From NCBI GenBank assembly GCA_038227875.1, contig JBBRPR010000006.1, positions 161,272 through 225,271 of the forward strand: a DNA stretch of 64,000 nt. Reading direction: 5' to 3'. Below, in pieces: positions 30,530 through 41,254 of the stretch; the first letter of the stretch is position 1; each line of letters starts with the position of its first letter. The notes below the pieces were generated by a model, which ran no database searches, was not told where the DNA came from, and saw only the letters and a program-made list of their open reading frames with translations. Source of the stretch: Planctomycetota bacterium (GTDB lineage Bacteria > Planctomycetota > SZUA-567 > H5-PLA8). The position numbers and the translations under genes are program-made.

Positions 30530-31452
30530 AACTCGGTTTTGTCAGCGCGATTCTGCCCGAATTGAATCTGACCGAAGTCCTGCAGTTCGCGTCCACGGAA
30601 AAGTTTGATTGCGTCGAGTTGATGTGCTGGCCGACGGGCAAGGCGGAGCGCCGCTACGCCGGCGTCACCCACATCGATGCCGCCACGCTGGATGCCGGTG
30701 AAGCACGCAAGATTAACGAACTCTGTGCCGCGCGCGGCGTGAGCATCAGTGCGCTCGGCTACTACCCGAACGTGCTCTCGCCGAATGCCGAGGAAGCGAC
30801 GCGCTGCCTGGCGCATCTGAAGCAGGTCATCGCGGCGTCGGCGTTGCTTGGAATCAATACGGTGAATACGTTCATCGGCCGCGACTGGACGAAGTCGGTC
30901 GACGACAACTGGCCGGCATTCCGCGAAGTCTGGCGGCCGCTGGTGAAATTCGCGGATGACAAGGGCGTCCGCATCGGCATCGAGAACTGCCCGATGTTCT
31001 TCTCGAAAGACGAATGGCCGGGCGGCAAAAATCTGGCGATCTGCCCGGCAATATGGCGGAAGATGTTCGAAGACATTCCCAGCGCCAACTTCGGATTGAA
31101 CTTCGATCCCTCGCACCTCGTCTGGCAGCAGATGGATTACCTCGCGCCGCTGCAGGAATTCAAACACCGGCTGGTTCACATTCATGCCAAAGACGCGCAC
31201 GTCGATCGGCAGCGCTTGAACAGCGTCGGCATTCTAGCCACGCCGCTGGAATACCACGCGCCGAAGCTGCCGGGCCTCGGCGACGTGAATTGGGGAGCGT
31301 TCTTCTCGGCGCTCAACGACGCCGGCTACACCGGGCCGGTCTGCATCGAAGTCGAAGACCGCGCGTACGAGAAGAATCTCGACACGCGTAAAGCCGCGCT
31401 GCGGCAGTCGCGGCAGTACCTCGCGCAGTTTGTTTCGCACGTCGCGGTTTGA
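30526..31452 (+). CDS. Sugar phosphate isomerase/epimerase (xylose-isomerase-like TIM barrel)
   Basis: [29 protein letters not shown] and IEVED motifs; ATGA overlap with the upstream gene. Confidence 0.92.
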   Translation: MKLGFVSAILPELNLTEVLQFASTEKFDCVELMCWPTGKAERRYAGVTHIDAATLDAGEARKINELCAARGVSISALGYYPNVLSPNAEEATRCLAHLKQVIAASALLGINTVNTFIGRDWTKSVDDNWPAFREVWRPLVKFADDKGVRIGIENCPMFFSKDEWPGGKNLAICPAIWRKMFEDIPSANFGLNFDPSHLVWQQMDYLAPLQEFKHRLVHIHAKDAHVDRQRLNSVGILATPLEYHAPKLPGLGDVNWGAFFSALNDAGYTGPVCIEVEDRAYEKNLDTRKAALRQSRQYLAQFVSHVAV

Positions 31453-31491
31453 ATTCCGAAGACTGACGTTCCTGGCACGGAGAAATTGAAC

Positions 31492-32637
31492 ATGTCCCAA
31501 ATCGGAGTAGCGATGGTCGGAACCGGCTTCATGGGGCCGGTCCACGTCGAAGCGTTGCAGCGCCTCTCGATTCCCGTGCGCGGAATCCTCGGCTCATCGC
31601 CGGAAAAATCGCGGCGCGCGGCGCAGGCGCTGGCCTTGCCGAAGGCGTACGAAAGTTTCTCCCAAGTACTGGAAGACAAGAGCGTTGAATCCGTTCACAT
31701 CGCCACGCCCAACCGGCTGCATTTCGCAATGGCCAAGGCCGCGCTCCAGGCCGGCAAGCACGTGCTCTGCGAAAAACCGCTCGCGATGAATTCGGCGGAG
31801 TCGGCGGAACTCGTCGACGTCGCCAGGCGCTGCGGCAAAGCGGCCGGCGTGAACTACAACATCCGCTATTACCCGCTCGCGTTGCAGGCGCGCGAAATGG
31901 TCCGCGGCGGCACGCTCGGCAACGTCTACGCCATCGATGGCAGCTACGTCCAGGATTGGCTGCTCCACGCCAACGACTATAACTGGCGCGTGCTGTCCGA
32001 AGAAGGCGGAGCACTTCGCGCCATCGCGGATATCGGCACACACTGGCTGGATCTTATTCACGCGATCACCGGTCTGGAAGCGGAGAGCCTTTGCGCCGAT
32101 CTGCGCACGGTACATCCGGTGCGGCAACGCCCGCGCGGAGAAGTCGAAACGTTCTCCGGCAAAATGCGCGCGAACACGGCGACGGAATCCGTGGAAATCA
32201 AGACCGAAGATTTCGGCAGCGTCTTGATTCGATTTAAGGGCGGCGCGCGCGGCAACCTCTTCGTCTCGCAAGTCACCGCCGGCCGCAAGAATTGTCTGCG
32301 TTACGAACTGTCCGGCGCCAAAGGTGCGCTCTCCTGGAACAGCGAAACGCCGAATGAAATCTGGCTCGGCCACCGCGAAAAGCCGAACGAAGTGCTGCTG
32401 CGCGATCCGGCGCTGCTGACCGGCGTGGCGCGCAAACACGCAAACTACCCCGGCGGCCACAACGAAGGCTTTCCGGACACCTTCAAGCAGTGTTTCCGCT
32501 CGTTCTACGAATCGATTGCCGCAGGCGATTTCGCCAGCGCCCCGCCCTTCCCCACTTTCGCGGATGGACATCGCGAAATCGTGCTCTGCGAAGCGATTTT
32601 GAAAAGTCATGCCGAAAACCGTTGGGTGAATGTTTAA
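31492..32637 (+). CDS. Gfo/Idh/MocA oxidoreductase
   Basis: [17 protein letters not shown] and DIGTHW motifs. Confidence 0.95.
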   Translation: MSQIGVAMVGTGFMGPVHVEALQRLSIPVRGILGSSPEKSRRAAQALALPKAYESFSQVLEDKSVESVHIATPNRLHFAMAKAALQAGKHVLCEKPLAMNSAESAELVDVARRCGKAAGVNYNIRYYPLALQAREMVRGGTLGNVYAIDGSYVQDWLLHANDYNWRVLSEEGGALRAIADIGTHWLDLIHAITGLEAESLCADLRTVHPVRQRPRGEVETFSGKMRANTATESVEIKTEDFGSVLIRFKGGARGNLFVSQVTAGRKNCLRYELSGAKGALSWNSETPNEIWLGHREKPNEVLLRDPALLTGVARKHANYPGGHNEGFPDTFKQCFRSFYESIAAGDFASAPPFPTFADGHREIVLCEAILKSHAENRWVNV

Positions 32638-32678
32638 CTTCCGTCTTTGAATCGAACTCAAACAGGAGAAACGAAATC

Positions 32679-33392
32679 ATGTCGACCGCCCCCGCTGCCC
32701 CGGATTACACCTACGATCAGATCGCGAAGATGATCGACCATTCGCTGCTCAACCCGATCATGACGGACACCGAACTGGAGGAAGGCTGCAAGATCGCCGC
32801 GACGTACAAGGCCGCGAGCGTCTGCATCAAACCCTACTACCTCAAGCGCTGTTCCGAAATTCTGAAGGGCAGCGGCGTGCTGCCGAGCACCACCATCGGG
32901 TTCCCGCACGGCGGCCACACCACGAAGATCAAGGTCGCCGAAGCGCGCCAGGCGCTCGAAGACGGCGGCATCGAACTCGATATGGTCGTGAACATCGGCA
33001 AGGTGCTCTCCGGCGACTGGAAATACGTGCGCGAGGACATCGCGGCGATCACCGACGTCACGCACAGCGGCGGCGGCATCGTGAAGGTGATCTTCGAAAA
33101 TTGCTACCTCAAGGACGAGCCGAAAATCCGCCTGTGCGAAATTTGCGCGGAATTGAAATGCGATTTCGTAAAGACCTCCACCGGCTACGGCACCAGCGGC
33201 GCGACGCACGAAGACCTGATCCTGATGCGCAAACATTCGCCCGCCACAGTTCAGGTCAAGGCCGCCGGCGGAATCCGCACGCTCGACGCGCTGTTGGCCG
33301 TCCGCGCGCTCGGCGTCACGCGCTGCGGAGCGACCAAGACCGTTGAAATGCTGACGGAAGTGCAGTCGCGCCTCGGACAGTCACACCGGTGA
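32679..33392 (+). CDS. deoC: Deoxyribose-phosphate aldolase
   Basis: IDHSLL, IGFPHG, ELDMVVNIG, KVIFE, FVKTSTG and VKAAGGIR motifs; AGGAG SD. Confidence 0.92.
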   Translation: MSTAPAAPDYTYDQIAKMIDHSLLNPIMTDTELEEGCKIAATYKAASVCIKPYYLKRCSEILKGSGVLPSTTIGFPHGGHTTKIKVAEARQALEDGGIELDMVVNIGKVLSGDWKYVREDIAAITDVTHSGGGIVKVIFENCYLKDEPKIRLCEICAELKCDFVKTSTGYGTSGATHEDLILMRKHSPATVQVKAAGGIRTLDALLAVRALGVTRCGATKTVEMLTEVQSRLGQSHR

Positions 33393-34504
33393 GCGAACTC
33401 AACGAAGTGGAACTCCGCCGCTCGGCCGCGCGCAAGTTGCGCGCGTTCGACGGCGCCAATGTGCGGGCGCTGCTCGGGCTCGACGGCTTCGTCGACAACA
33501 TCATCGACGTCGTCGACCGGCGCAGCGATGCCGAGAACTACGCGCGCGTCGAGAAACTCGGCGCGCTGGGCCAACGCATCGAGCGTGCGTCGGGTCTGTC
33601 GACCAACATTGAACTGGTCGTGCGCCAGGAGAAACTCGGCGGCAACGGGCCGATCATGGCCAACGCGCTGATCGAGGCAGGCCTGAGCGTCAGTTACATC
33701 GGCAGTCTCGGTCGCACCGAAATTCATTCCGTTTTCCACGCGATGGCCGCGCGCTGCCGCGAGTGCATCACGCTCTGTGATCCCGGCATGACCGACGCGC
33801 TGGAATTTCAAGACGGCAAACTGATGCTCTGCAAAGTCGAGACGCTCAAGCAGGTGACGTACGCGCGCATGCTGGAAGTCGTCGGCCTGGCGAAGCTGCG
33901 AGAGATGTGGTCGAACTGCAATCTCATCGCGCTGACCAACTGGACGATGCTCGTTCATCAGACCGAGATCTGGCGTCGGCTGGCCGAAGACATGGAAGGC
34001 ATCAAAGCTCCTTCCGGCGCAGTGTTGTTCATCGATCTCGCCGATCCCGAAAAGCGCGTTCCGCAGGATCTGGTCGACGCCTGCCACCTCCTGCGCCGCT
34101 TTAAATCGAACCACTTCGTGGTGCTCGGACTGAATCAGAAGGAAAGCGCTGAACTCGGCCGCGCGCTCAATCTGGAACTCAGCGCCGAGGACATCGCCGC
34201 AAACGCCGCGCGTCTGCGCGCAGCCCTGGACCTCGACGCGATCGTGATTCATCCCACAAAAAGCGCCGCGTGTGCCACATCGGATCGGCAAGCGCGCGTG
34301 AGCGGACCGTACTGCGCCAATCCTGTACTGACCACCGGCGCGGGCGACAACTTCAACGCGGGATTTTGCCTCGGCGTGCTGGCCAAACTCGAATTTCCCG
34401 AAGCCCTCGCGGCCGCAACGGCGACGTCCGGATTTTACGTGCGCCACGGCCACTCGCCCAATCGTCAACAGCTTGTCGCGTTCCTCGAAGAATGGAACAC
34501 CTGA
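33389..34504 (+). CDS. PfkB/ribokinase-family carbohydrate kinase
   Basis: GGNGPIMANAL and TTGAGDNFNAGF motifs; GTGA overlap with deoC. Confidence 0.88.
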   Translation: MSELNEVELRRSAARKLRAFDGANVRALLGLDGFVDNIIDVVDRRSDAENYARVEKLGALGQRIERASGLSTNIELVVRQEKLGGNGPIMANALIEAGLSVSYIGSLGRTEIHSVFHAMAARCRECITLCDPGMTDALEFQDGKLMLCKVETLKQVTYARMLEVVGLAKLREMWSNCNLIALTNWTMLVHQTEIWRRLAEDMEGIKAPSGAVLFIDLADPEKRVPQDLVDACHLLRRFKSNHFVVLGLNQKESAELGRALNLELSAEDIAANAARLRAALDLDAIVIHPTKSAACATSDRQARVSGPYCANPVLTTGAGDNFNAGFCLGVLAKLEFPEALAAATATSGFYVRHGHSPNRQQLVAFLEEWNT

Positions 34505-34627
34505 GCGGACCGCTCTAAATCATCACTCCACATTCATAGTTCATCGTTTCCACACCCACTCTTGACCTTTTTCGCTCCATAGGCGATAACGATTGCTCTC
34601 CAGGATGAGGGCGAAGCCGACACGACG

Positions 34628-35572
34628 ATGAGTGCGAAGATTATTGAAGGCGTCGCTCTGTCCCAACACATCCGACAGGAAGTTGCTGCGACCGTTCAGG
34701 CGCTCAAAGATCACGGCCGCGCCGTTCGTCTGGCGTGCATCGTTGTCGGCGAAACGCCGCAGGCGATGATGTATGCCAAGAGCCAGAAAAAAGTCTGCGC
34801 GTCGGTCGGCATCGATTTTCAGATCGTGCAGCTTCCCGATTCGATCAGCCAGGTCGCGCTCCTCCACCAGATTCAGGAACTCAACCACGCGCCGGACGTG
34901 ACAGGCATCATCCTCGAACTGCCGCTGCCCTCGCGCATCAACACGTTCGTCTGCCAGCGCGCGATCGAGCCGCAGAAAGACGCGGAGGGCGTGCACCCGA
35001 TCAACCTGGGGCTGCTGGTCTACGGCATCGCCCATCACGCGCCCTGCACCGCGATGGCGGCCTATCAGCTGATCAAGTCGACGGGCGTCGACCTGCGCGG
35101 AAAGGAATGCACCGTCGTCGGCCATAGCCAGATCGTGGGCAAACCGATTTCACTGATGCTGCTGCATGACTTCTGCACCGTAACGACCTGCCACATTGCG
35201 ACGCGGGACTTGAAAGAGCACACCCTCCGCGCGGACGTGATCGTCGTCGCCGTGGGCAAGCCGGGCCTGATTCGCGCGGAGATGATCAAGCCCGGCGCGA
35301 TGATCATCGACGTCGGCGAAAACCGCATCCCCGTGCTCGATGCCGCCGGCGCGCCGGTGCTCAACGACAAAGGCAAACCCGCGCACCGGACGGTGGGCGA
35401 TGTGGATTTCGAGCCCGTAAAAGAGAAAGCCGGTTGGATCACGCCGGTTCCCGGCGGCGTCGGACCGGTGACGGTGACGATGCTGCTGCGTAACGTTGCC
35501 GAAGCCGCACGCCGTTCGGCGGAGGCGGCGGGCTTGAAGATCAACTCGGAAGGCCAAGCCGGCGACGCGTAG
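34628..35572 (+). CDS. folD: Bifunctional methylenetetrahydrofolate dehydrogenase/cyclohydrolase
   Basis: KDAEGVHP, PCT, GHSQIVGKP, IDVG, GDVDF and ITPVPGGVGPVT motifs. Confidence 0.96.
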   Translation: MSAKIIEGVALSQHIRQEVAATVQALKDHGRAVRLACIVVGETPQAMMYAKSQKKVCASVGIDFQIVQLPDSISQVALLHQIQELNHAPDVTGIILELPLPSRINTFVCQRAIEPQKDAEGVHPINLGLLVYGIAHHAPCTAMAAYQLIKSTGVDLRGKECTVVGHSQIVGKPISLMLLHDFCTVTTCHIATRDLKEHTLRADVIVVAVGKPGLIRAEMIKPGAMIIDVGENRIPVLDAAGAPVLNDKGKPAHRTVGDVDFEPVKEKAGWITPVPGGVGPVTVTMLLRNVAEAARRSAEAAGLKINSEGQAGDA

Positions 35573-35603
35573 ACTGTCGTTCGCGGATTGGAGGCCCGGC
35601 GCA

Positions 35604-36275
35604 ATGAACGAACCACCGCGTCGGCGCTGGTTTCAATGGCGCTTGTCAACATTGCTCGTGTTGATGTTCGTCGCTTCGATATTCGTAGCGCTGAACTTCA
35701 CTAGCCGACTTGAACGCACGCATCATCGCAACCGACATGGTTACGATCAGGGACGGGGTTGGCCGGAGATGGCCTACTGGTCGTCGGAACGTACGTGGAA
35801 TTGGCCGGGCTTGCTTACGGACATCGCCCTGTTCTGCGGCAGTATCGCGGGCGTGGGTCTCTTCATCGAATTCGTCTGGTTCTCGGCGTCGCTGGCGGGC
35901 ATGCGGGCGTTGCTCTGGCCGCTGCATTTTTCCACGGCACTGCTCGCTGTATCACTAACGCTCGTACTGGGCTGGTTCAATGTCATGCCGCGGTATGACC
36001 ACGTCGGCTATTATCCCAAGTTACATTCATGTTGGTGCGCGACGTTCGACGGACCGGGTTGGCCGTGGCCAATCAAGATTGAAGGCTATGCGGAAGCAAC
36101 ACTCGAAGCCGCCGAGCAGGACTACTATAGTGATGTTTCGTGGCGTCGAATTCTTTACGAACGAGCCCAGCAGGTACCCCTGTTTGGAGACGTGTTGTTC
36201 GCTGGAGTAACAGTTGGTTCCGTATGCTTAGGAATGCAGTTTTTATGGCGGCGACGTCAAGTGATCTGCGCTTAA
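35604..36275 (+). CDS. Membrane protein with internal duplication
   Basis: GGAGG SD; two similar halves (xxSTxL-TM-N...GWP...D-TM) and an N-terminal RRRWFQWRLSTLL motif. Confidence 0.7.
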   Translation: MNEPPRRRWFQWRLSTLLVLMFVASIFVALNFTSRLERTHHRNRHGYDQGRGWPEMAYWSSERTWNWPGLLTDIALFCGSIAGVGLFIEFVWFSASLAGMRALLWPLHFSTALLAVSLTLVLGWFNVMPRYDHVGYYPKLHSCWCATFDGPGWPWPIKIEGYAEATLEAAEQDYYSDVSWRRILYERAQQVPLFGDVLFAGVTVGSVCLGMQFLWRRRQVICA

Positions 36276-36451
36276 GTCAAAGTCATTACCCAATTATTTA
36301 TATATGTTTACGACAATACTATCAGTGCACGACTAAAGGCTTTTGGATTTCTATCTACTTCATTCTCACCTCGGTGTATTAGTTCAACAGGAGGCCAGAT
36401 AATACACCATAGTTATGTCAGATACGACCTCTTAAATTTTGGAGACTCTGC

Positions 36452-39307
36452 ATGAATCCACGACGCGCCGGCACCCTCCTCCTCACCTTTATAGTGTGGC
36501 AGTCCATCTGCGCGGCGGAGATCGACGAGTTCGCGGTCAAGCGCGAGGCAGTCTTCGAATTCGACGAGAAGCCCCGCGTCACGGCCAAAGAGCAGAAAGC
36601 ATTTGAAATCACCTTCGCGTCAAAGGGTTGGTGCGATGCCACCGTCGCAATTGAAACGGCCGATGGAAAGATTCTGCGGCACCTCGCCAGCGGCGTGCTC
36701 GGGCCCAAAGCGCCGGAACCATTTCAGAAGGACTCCAAGAAGCAGTCACTGCTCTGGGACGGCAAGGACGATCGCGGCAACTACCCGACAGATGAGGTCG
36801 TCGTTCGCGTTTCGCTGGGCTTGAAAGCGAGCCTGGAAAAAACACTGCTGTGGGATCCGCGCAAGCGCGCCTCGAACGGCTGGGGCGGCGCCAACGCGCC
36901 GATCATGAAGTCCGCGCCGGAAGGCGTGTACGTTTACGATGCCGGCGGAGAAGACCATCTGCGGCTCTTCGATCACGACGGCAATTACGTTCGCACCATC
37001 TATCCGTTTCCCTCGAACAAGCTCGATGCGGTCGTCGGCTTGCAGACGCACACGTTTCCGCACGACGGCAAAACGCTGCCGTGGAAGGCCGGCTTTCTGC
37101 AGTCGACGCTGCTCTTTGGCAAAAACGCGAAGCCAATGCCGACGCGCGGCGAGAACGGATTCGACGCGACGTCGATGGCCATCGCCGGAAACCACATCGC
37201 TCTGGCCGGCACCTACATCAGCCGCCTGGCGACCGACGGCTCAACCGGCGGCATGAATCTGGCCGGACCCAAAGTTGTCGTCCACGCCGAGATGCACGGC
37301 GCCAACCAGAGCACCGGACACGATTCGACGGTGCGGCCGTGCTCGGCGGCGCTCAGTCCGGACGGTAAATCGCTCTATCTGTCCGGCTACCTGTGGCGCT
37401 ACACCTGGCACAACGATTCGTTTCACGGCGTGACGCGCGTAGCGATGGACCAAGATGGCGAACCGCAGCTCTTTGCCGGCAGCATGAAGCAGGACGATGC
37501 GGGCACGGAGAACGGAAAATTCCGCTGTGCCGTCAGCGTCGCCTGCGACAGCCAGGGGCGCGTGTACGTGGCCGACCACATGAACGACCGCATTCAAGTT
37601 TTCTCGCCGGACGGAAAATTCCTGAAAGCGATTCCTGTCTTCCGGCCGGCGGTGGTCTGCGTTCACCCCAAGAGCGGCGAGATCTATGCGTTCTCGTGGG
37701 TCGTCAACAATCGCTTTACATTGAAACTTGCTGAAGAGCGGCAGAAGGCATCGCAGCCGCCGATCACCATCGAACCCAAACTCGTGAACCTAGGGACCTT
37801 CGACGCGCCCAAAGAATCCGGGAGCTTTCCCCTGCCCTTGCCAAAATTCGGCGGGGCGTACAGCGAGTGGTACAACAATCCGCCGATCCAGACCGTGGGC
37901 GACGTGGATTTCAACACCGAGCCGCCGACGATCTGGATCTCTCAATCGACCAGCGAGAATTTTAAAGGCGAATGGGACAAGCTGGGCATTCAAGTCCTGC
38001 GGGAAAAAGGCGGCAAGCTGGAAGTCCTGCGCGATTTTGGAGCGGACGCCGCGCAATCCGTTGCGCGCGCAACGCCCGCGATGCTCGACCGCCAGCGCCT
38101 GTACGTGAATCCGAAGACTGAAAAGCTCTACGTGGCGGAAGCCGATTCCGGCGTCGGCAAGTCGTTCAAGGAACTGCTCGAAATCGATCCGGTTTCCGGA
38201 CAGGTCAAGCGCGTGCCGCTGCCCTATGCAGCCGAAGACATGGCCTTCGACAACGAAGGCGCCATCTATCTGCGCTCCGACAATTGCGTCGTGCGCTACG
38301 ATCCCAGCACCTGGCGCGAAATTCCGTGGGACTACGGCGAGGAGTCCGATCACGTCTCATTCGACGGCGGGTCCCCCACCGCGATGTCCGCGCTGGTGAC
38401 GCCGGGGCACCGCTCGCCGTCCTTCTGGCACATGGGCGGAATGTACGTCAACGCGCAGGGCTACCTGGCGATTGCCTGCCCCAATGTCACCGAGAATTTT
38501 TCGGCGGTGGCCGGTGAAGAAAACAAGAAGGATGTGGCGGCGCGAAAAGTCTACGCGCCGCGAATTTATCCCGGCCGTCTGCAATGGGGCGAGATCCACA
38601 TCTTCGACAAGCACGGAAAGCTCATCGCTGACGATGCGTTTCCGGGCATGGGGCACATGAATGGCATCGGCATCGACACGGCCAACAATGTTTACGTCAT
38701 GGCCAACGGCAAGCGCTTGATCGACGGCAAGTCGTACGATCCGAACGCCGCCGACGATCTTTCCGAGACCGTGACGAAAGTGAAATGCCGCGCCGCGAAG
38801 GTGCTGAGCAGCAACTCTACCCTCCTCGCGCCGCTGGCCGAAGCCGCAAGGCCCAAGCGCGCGCCGGATTTCGAAGGATTCCCGAATGGCGCCTCGTGGA
38901 TCGAAGGCGCGGAGTGGTTTTACGGCGGCGTCGGCTATACGGGCAACGCGGCGTGGGATGGCGGCGGCTGCCGCTGCTGGAACGCGCGCTTCTGCCTCGA
39001 TTACTTCGCCCGCTCGTTTGCGCCGGAAACACGCCACTTCAGCGTGGCGGTGCTGGACGCCAATGGGAATCTGATTCTGCGTATCGGAAAATACGGCAAC
39101 GTGGACGATGGCACGCCCATCGACGCGAAAGGCGGACCGCCAACCACGCGGTCGATCGGCGGCGACGAAGTCAGCCTCTTTCACGCCGCATACCTGGGCA
39201 CGCTCTCGGATCGCCGGCTGTACATCGCGGATGCCGGCAACGCGCGAATCGTCAGCGTAAAACTGGGATACGTTTGCGAAGAGAGATTGACGGTGAAGGC
39301 GAAGTAA
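36452..39307 (+). CDS. Large secreted NHL-repeat beta-propeller protein with FlgD-Ig-like N-terminal domain
   Basis: Signal peptide, WDGKDDRG, and NHL repeats (VACDSQGRVYVADHMNDRIQVF; LYIADAGNARIV). Confidence 0.85.
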   Translation: MNPRRAGTLLLTFIVWQSICAAEIDEFAVKREAVFEFDEKPRVTAKEQKAFEITFASKGWCDATVAIETADGKILRHLASGVLGPKAPEPFQKDSKKQSLLWDGKDDRGNYPTDEVVVRVSLGLKASLEKTLLWDPRKRASNGWGGANAPIMKSAPEGVYVYDAGGEDHLRLFDHDGNYVRTIYPFPSNKLDAVVGLQTHTFPHDGKTLPWKAGFLQSTLLFGKNAKPMPTRGENGFDATSMAIAGNHIALAGTYISRLATDGSTGGMNLAGPKVVVHAEMHGANQSTGHDSTVRPCSAALSPDGKSLYLSGYLWRYTWHNDSFHGVTRVAMDQDGEPQLFAGSMKQDDAGTENGKFRCAVSVACDSQGRVYVADHMNDRIQVFSPDGKFLKAIPVFRPAVVCVHPKSGEIYAFSWVVNNRFTLKLAEERQKASQPPITIEPKLVNLGTFDAPKESGSFPLPLPKFGGAYSEWYNNPPIQTVGDVDFNTEPPTIWISQSTSENFKGEWDKLGIQVLREKGGKLEVLRDFGADAAQSVARATPAMLDRQRLYVNPKTEKLYVAEADSGVGKSFKELLEIDPVSGQVKRVPLPYAAEDMAFDNEGAIYLRSDNCVVRYDPSTWREIPWDYGEESDHVSFDGGSPTAMSALVTPGHRSPSFWHMGGMYVNAQGYLAIACPNVTENFSAVAGEENKKDVAARKVYAPRIYPGRLQWGEIHIFDKHGKLIADDAFPGMGHMNGIGIDTANNVYVMANGKRLIDGKSYDPNAADDLSETVTKVKCRAAKVLSSNSTLLAPLAEAARPKRAPDFEGFPNGASWIEGAEWFYGGVGYTGNAAWDGGGCRCWNARFCLDYFARSFAPETRHFSVAVLDANGNLILRIGKYGNVDDGTPIDAKGGPPTTRSIGGDEVSLFHAAYLGTLSDRRLYIADAGNARIVSVKLGYVCEERLTVKAK

Positions 39308-39876
39308 ATGGAACTCGGCCATCGCGTTGAACTTTTATTTTGCTGCAAGCGCGGGTTGTGAATTTGACCTGCTTGTCGCGAGTGCTTGAAAAATAGCAGT
39401 GGCTGAAATGAATGGTCCGTTTCGATCTCCGGGTTGTTAATCGATTCCTTGCCAACGTAACGAAGGGTAAATCCGCGCGATCTCCTTCGCTTTTAAAGCC
39501 GCCCGAAATATCTGCGCGAAACAAGGCACTGTTGAACGCATACAGTTTTGGTCAATAATCTGCATGCTCAAAGTCCTGAACGGTTTGTGCGATAGGGACC
39601 AGACTGGTTGAGCGCTTTTTGAAATTCACGGTTAGTATCAAACAGCACCAAAAATTAAGGACGTATAACAGTTTTTCTAACTAAAGCCGCGTTATGCGTT
39701 TGCGAATTTAACACCGAAATTCTCCGTTTCGGTATCAACGTTGCGTTACTTCGGTCTCATTAGTGAACCACGACAGTGCTCAGATCAGGGTTCACCTGCT
39801 TTTGGCAAGCAGTACGTACGGGGGCCATCGGAGCCCACTGAACTGATTTCAGCGGGCTCACAGAGGAGACGTCAAC

Positions 39877-40737
39877 ATGAAGGATTACTTATTAGCCAGT
39901 GATTTCGACCAGACCCTGAGCATCGACGACTCGGGCTGCGTGCTGAGCAAGCTCATGGGAGCCCACAACTTCGAGGAGAAAGTGAAGGGCCTCTCGCGCC
40001 TCAATCTAGTCCAGCAAGGTGGCGAACTGGCTTACCTGCTCCTGCATGATCCGGAATACCGGCGCGCGCGCCGCGACGACCTGATCGAAGCCGGCCGCCG
40101 CGTGCGCTTGAAGCCGGACGTCAGGAAGCTCTTTGAGTTCATCAACAATGGCGTCGACGGTTGCCGCTTCCATCTCAATGTCATTTCCTCGGCGCCGGAA
40201 GAGATCGTGCAGACCGCCCTGGAAGGACTGCTCCCCAAGTCGCGGATTTACGGCACGCGCTTTCAATACCATCCGGAGACTGGCGAAATTCAATCTATTC
40301 TTCGCGCACCCGCCGGCTACGGCAAGGTCGCGGTGCTCGACGAACTGCAGCACAAACTCAACATCGCGCCGGAACGCATCATTTACATGGGCGACGGCAG
40401 CTCGGACATCCACGTGATGCTGCACGTGCAGCGCCGCGACGGTTACACGATCGCGGTCTCGGAAGCCAAGAACGTCACGCAGATCGCACGACGAAATATC
40501 CTGAGCGAAAATGCGTTCAGCGTGGCCCTGCCGATCCTGCAGGACATCGCCGGCTGGAGCGACGCGGCGCGCATCCGCGGATTTTTCGAGAACTACGGAT
40601 TGCAAATCCAGGAATGGGGCCGCGTCCGCACCGATTTTCTGACCGTCCAGGATTCCGGCACGCAGTTGCTGCCGGCGATTTCAGAGACAACTTCAACCAC
40701 AACCACAACGGCACCCAAGGAGATGGTCAATGCTTAG
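39877..40737 (+). CDS. HAD-superfamily phosphatase (IB / SerB-MtnX-like)
   Basis: DFDQT (motif I), ISS (II), GYGK (III) and GDGSSD (IV); GAGGAG SD. Confidence 0.9.
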   Translation: MKDYLLASDFDQTLSIDDSGCVLSKLMGAHNFEEKVKGLSRLNLVQQGGELAYLLLHDPEYRRARRDDLIEAGRRVRLKPDVRKLFEFINNGVDGCRFHLNVISSAPEEIVQTALEGLLPKSRIYGTRFQYHPETGEIQSILRAPAGYGKVAVLDELQHKLNIAPERIIYMGDGSSDIHVMLHVQRRDGYTIAVSEAKNVTQIARRNILSENAFSVALPILQDIAGWSDAARIRGFFENYGLQIQEWGRVRTDFLTVQDSGTQLLPAISETTSTTTTTAPKEMVNA

Positions 40738-40984
40738 TTATGTCGGCTGGTTTGCCACGGCGCTTTTCGCGGGCTCGTACCTGTTCCGCGAGCCGCGGAG
40801 TTTGAGCATCATGCAGGCGGTTGCGGCGCTGGTCTGGATTCTCTACGGCGCGATCATCGGCGCCGGTCCGGTCATTGTCTGCAATGTGGCGGTGGCACTG
40901 ATGGCGACGTTCGCGGCGTACCGGTATTCCAAGCGACCAATGACAGTGCCGTCGAAGGACCCTGTTTCTGCAGTTTCGGCTTAG
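40730..40984 (+). CDS. Small three-TM membrane protein (YgjV/SemiSWEET-like)
   Basis: [10 protein letters not shown]...WILYG..I...PVIVCN; overlaps the HAD gene end. Confidence 0.7.
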   Translation: MLSYVGWFATALFAGSYLFREPRSLSIMQAVAALVWILYGAIIGAGPVIVCNVAVALMATFAAYRYSKRPMTVPSKDPVSAVSA

Positions 40985-41254
40985 TTCCTCTGAAGAATAC
41001 GAAAGGCGGTTGAGGTGCGACGCGTACGATCGAAGTCCATGATCGGAAAACAGAGCTGCGTGGTTCTGGCGCTCTTGATGGAGACGTACGCACCGCGAAA
41101 AAGTACGGATGTCCAGCCGTCAAGCCGCCGAGCGCCCCGCCCTGCCAATCGCTGAGCACGTACTTCTCTCTCGAAACATCCGCGGATTGCGCGGCTGTGC
41201 TTTTTCTGCTAAATAATAGCGGAGAAGCAACAGCATGAGGGAGAAGTGCACAGC

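Noticed and set aside
39462..39500. AAGGGTAAATCC resembling a c-di-GMP-I riboswitch start
   Set aside because: Lacks the GNRA-capped stem and the GACGCAAAG-like core.
39737..39840. Partial similarity to ykkC (AGGGTTC...ACGG.GGG..AGCCC) and NAD+-II (CGTTGCGT...CACG) riboswitches
   Set aside because: Key conserved segments and closing helices are missing; kept only as an unassigned structured leader.
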